From positions 372,001 through 436,000 of the forward strand of contig NIVC01000814.1 of the NCBI GenBank assembly GCA_002269645.1: a stretch of 64,000 nucleotides of DNA, read 5' to 3'. Of the stretch, positions 61,637 through 64,000 are shown piece after piece. Every line of letters starts with the position of its first letter. Position 1 is the first letter of the stretch. Below the pieces are notes generated by a model. It ran no database searches. It was not told the origin of the DNA and saw only the letters and a list, made by a program, of their open reading frames with translations. A program made the translations under genes and the position numbers. The DNA is from Macrostomum lignano (Eukaryota).

Positions 61637-63569
61637 CTACTGCTGCAGGATTTGCTTTGGCTAGTGAAATATTTTGTTTTGGAATTTTGTTTTCCGGTAA
61701 CAAGGTTAACTCAAACGTACAATGCTCAACGTACATCTTTAAACAAAAAGCGATATCTTCGCTCAATTCCGATCAATGGCTACTTTCCGCTACGGAAGCG
61801 ATTCTCTGCTTTATCAAGTACTTGTTTTTGCTGTTTAGACCTCATCAAAACTGCACTGCTAATAAAAACTATACTTTATCCGCAGTTTCAACCAGTAGTA
61901 TACGTTTTTTTGACACAAAGCCGATTTCCTTATGGCGAAATACATAGTAAGTACAGGCCCAAAAAATGGCAGAGTCCGAAATTTCATGTGCACGCAGTCT
62001 GAAATTCCATGTGCACGCAGTCTGAAATTCCAAGTGCACGCTAAATATCTTTTACGCAACGTGATTATTCAGACGAATTGCATATCCACCTGTCCAAAAT
62101 ACAAGTAACCGATTCTAGCAATGGTGACACAAACACACTTCAAAGGATTCCATTCAAGACAAATTTACTCCAAAGCTATTCACACATTTCAAGTGTTATT
62201 GAAATATTGAAAACTTGTGAATATTATCACCCTTTTGAAGAAAGATAGTAAATGATCTATTCTTGAGTGCCTATAGAATTTTTGCACCAACTTGAGCAGA
62301 TGGTTTACAGATACTATGTCAACAACTGCGTCAACATGCTTCTTCTTTATACTATATATATATACGAACACACTGACACAGAAAATATTAAATAACTTAA
62401 ACCAAGTTTACATTATACTACTTGTTCAACTATACTTACATCTTAAGTGAAATGAAGCGATCACGTCAGCAGGAATTGGCCGAGCGCTATGTTAAACAAG
62501 GTAAGATAATCACCTACTCTAGTTCAGTTTTCTTTTTTAGATTGACTGTTCGCTATAGTTTAGTTTCTAGATTGATTGTTAGTTCGGTTTCTGTTTAGAC
62601 CGATCCTCTGTTTGTTCAGTCTCTAGATTGATTGTCTGCTAGTTCGGTTTCTGTTTAGACTAATACTCTGCTAGTTCAGAATTTCTAGATTGATTGTCTG
62701 CTAGTTCGGTTTCTGTTTAGACTGATTCTCTGCTAGTTCAGTTTCTATATACATTGTATACATGCACCTATACCAAATTTCCCTCATCTTATCCATTATT
62801 ATAGCATTCAAGAATGGTTTCTTCACGCGGCCACCTCCAGATCAGTGCAAACGCATTTGCCACGACACCACCACATCCAATTCTGCTGCAAGAGCATCAT
62901 ATTCTACATCTCTCGCCAGAGTAACCTCGATTCATGTCGAGAGACAGACAACTGAGCTAGATCGCATTTACACAAGAACTGATGTTATTCAGTCAATTAG
63001 GCAGCAATCGAACCCACGACCAACTGACCAACTGCAGTATGCACCACCACCACCATCACCAACCAGCTACAATGACCCACCCAACAAAGCAAACTTGCAG
63101 TAAGCCTACAAGTACCAAACCAACGACAGCAACTGAAACACCATCATCATCAATTGCCATTTCTACCCAAGTTCAACCGCTGCTAAACTCGCCAATTATT
63201 GTACAGAAGGACATCAAGTCTGTAAAAGTCTCTCAAATGAGCACAGGCTTCTACCAAGTAGAATTAGCAAAGACCTGTAATACAACTCAAGTATTTGAAT
63301 ATTGGGACCTATCTTAAAAAGACATTTTTCTAACTCTTCATAAAATTTTGCCAGCAATGTGTCCAAGTAATTGCTCTTTTAGTATATATCAAACAAGTCT
63401 GTAATCAATAATATAATCTCTATAAATTCATTATTCTAAAAAATTCTTTCAATTTTATTCACATTCATTGAAATTATTTAATTCAATAAAAAGTCAATAT
63501 CTTGTACAGTCATCATTAAACAAAAATTATTAATCCATGCAAATAATTTTTTTTTCATACGTTTCTTTA

Positions 63570-63970
63570 GCCATGGTCTGGCTTTTGCCTCAACAGTATG
63601 ATTTAGCTGTGGTCCAGCTTTTGCCTCAACAGTATGATTTAGCTGTGGTCCAGCTTTTGCCTCAACAGTATGATTTAGCTGTGGTCCAGCTTTTGCCTCA
63701 ACAGTATGATTTAGCTGTGGTCCAGCTTTTGCCTCAACAGTATGATTTAGCTGTGGTCCAGCTTTTGCCTCAACAGTATGATTTAGCTGTGGTCCAGCTT
63801 TTGCCTCAACAGTATGATTTAGCTGTGGTCCAGCTTTTGCCTCAACAGTATGATTTAGCTGTGGTCCAGCTTTTGCCCCAACAGTTTTTAGCCGTGGTCC
63901 GGCTTTTTTGCCTCAGCAGTATGATTTAGCTGTGGTCTAGCTTAAAACTGCATCAACAGTGATTTAGCTA
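63570..63970. repeat. 36-bp minisatellite
   Basis: Unit CTTTTGCCTCAACAGTATGATTTAGCTGTGGTCCAG. Confidence 0.95.
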
Positions 63971-64000
63971 TAGTCCAGGCTTAACTACCTCAACGATGAT

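Noticed and set aside
62762-63317. Two overlapping P/T/Q-rich ORFs, possibly a decayed retroelement ORF1
   Set aside because: No recognisable motif, and they are broken by a stop and frameshift.

Overview
This is eukaryotic (invertebrate metazoan) genomic DNA, not prokaryotic. GC-rich exons rich in Q/S/A sit among AT-rich spacers, and many introns and spacers are filled by their own minisatellite. That architecture resembles a free-living flatworm such as Macrostomum (inference, not proven). The left end holds the 3' part of a FEM1B-like gene on +. It converges on ten consecutive minus-strand genes between 46157 and 9717: RAB3GAP1, TRAPPC3, SPPL2-like, ZDHHC6, prag01/Deltameth_res-like, EPSTI1-like, CHMP1A, RAMAC-like, METTL5 and an unknown two-exon gene. 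These are candidates for an SL-trans-spliced operon-like cluster. METTL5, and probably ZDHHC6, lack a usable genomic ATG but begin at splice acceptors that would be in frame with a leader-supplied AUG. A 12-kb gene-free block (46.2-58.2 kb) contains a three-level nested transposon (hAT-like MITE > long-TIR DD34D mariner > hAT-like MITE), composite satellite elements and a Harbinger-like MITE. A four-exon gene for a possibly myristoylated, Q-rich protein with two degenerate KH-like domains lies at 58.2-60.7 kb. Other oddities include a 640-bp intronic fold-back, an exon-like segment inside inverted repeats, a CORE-SINE, tandem CCAAT-box arrays and a CCHC zinc knuckle in an alternative frame of a RAB3GAP1 exon. 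All exon boundaries were derived by hand, and all homology calls are from memory rather than database searches.
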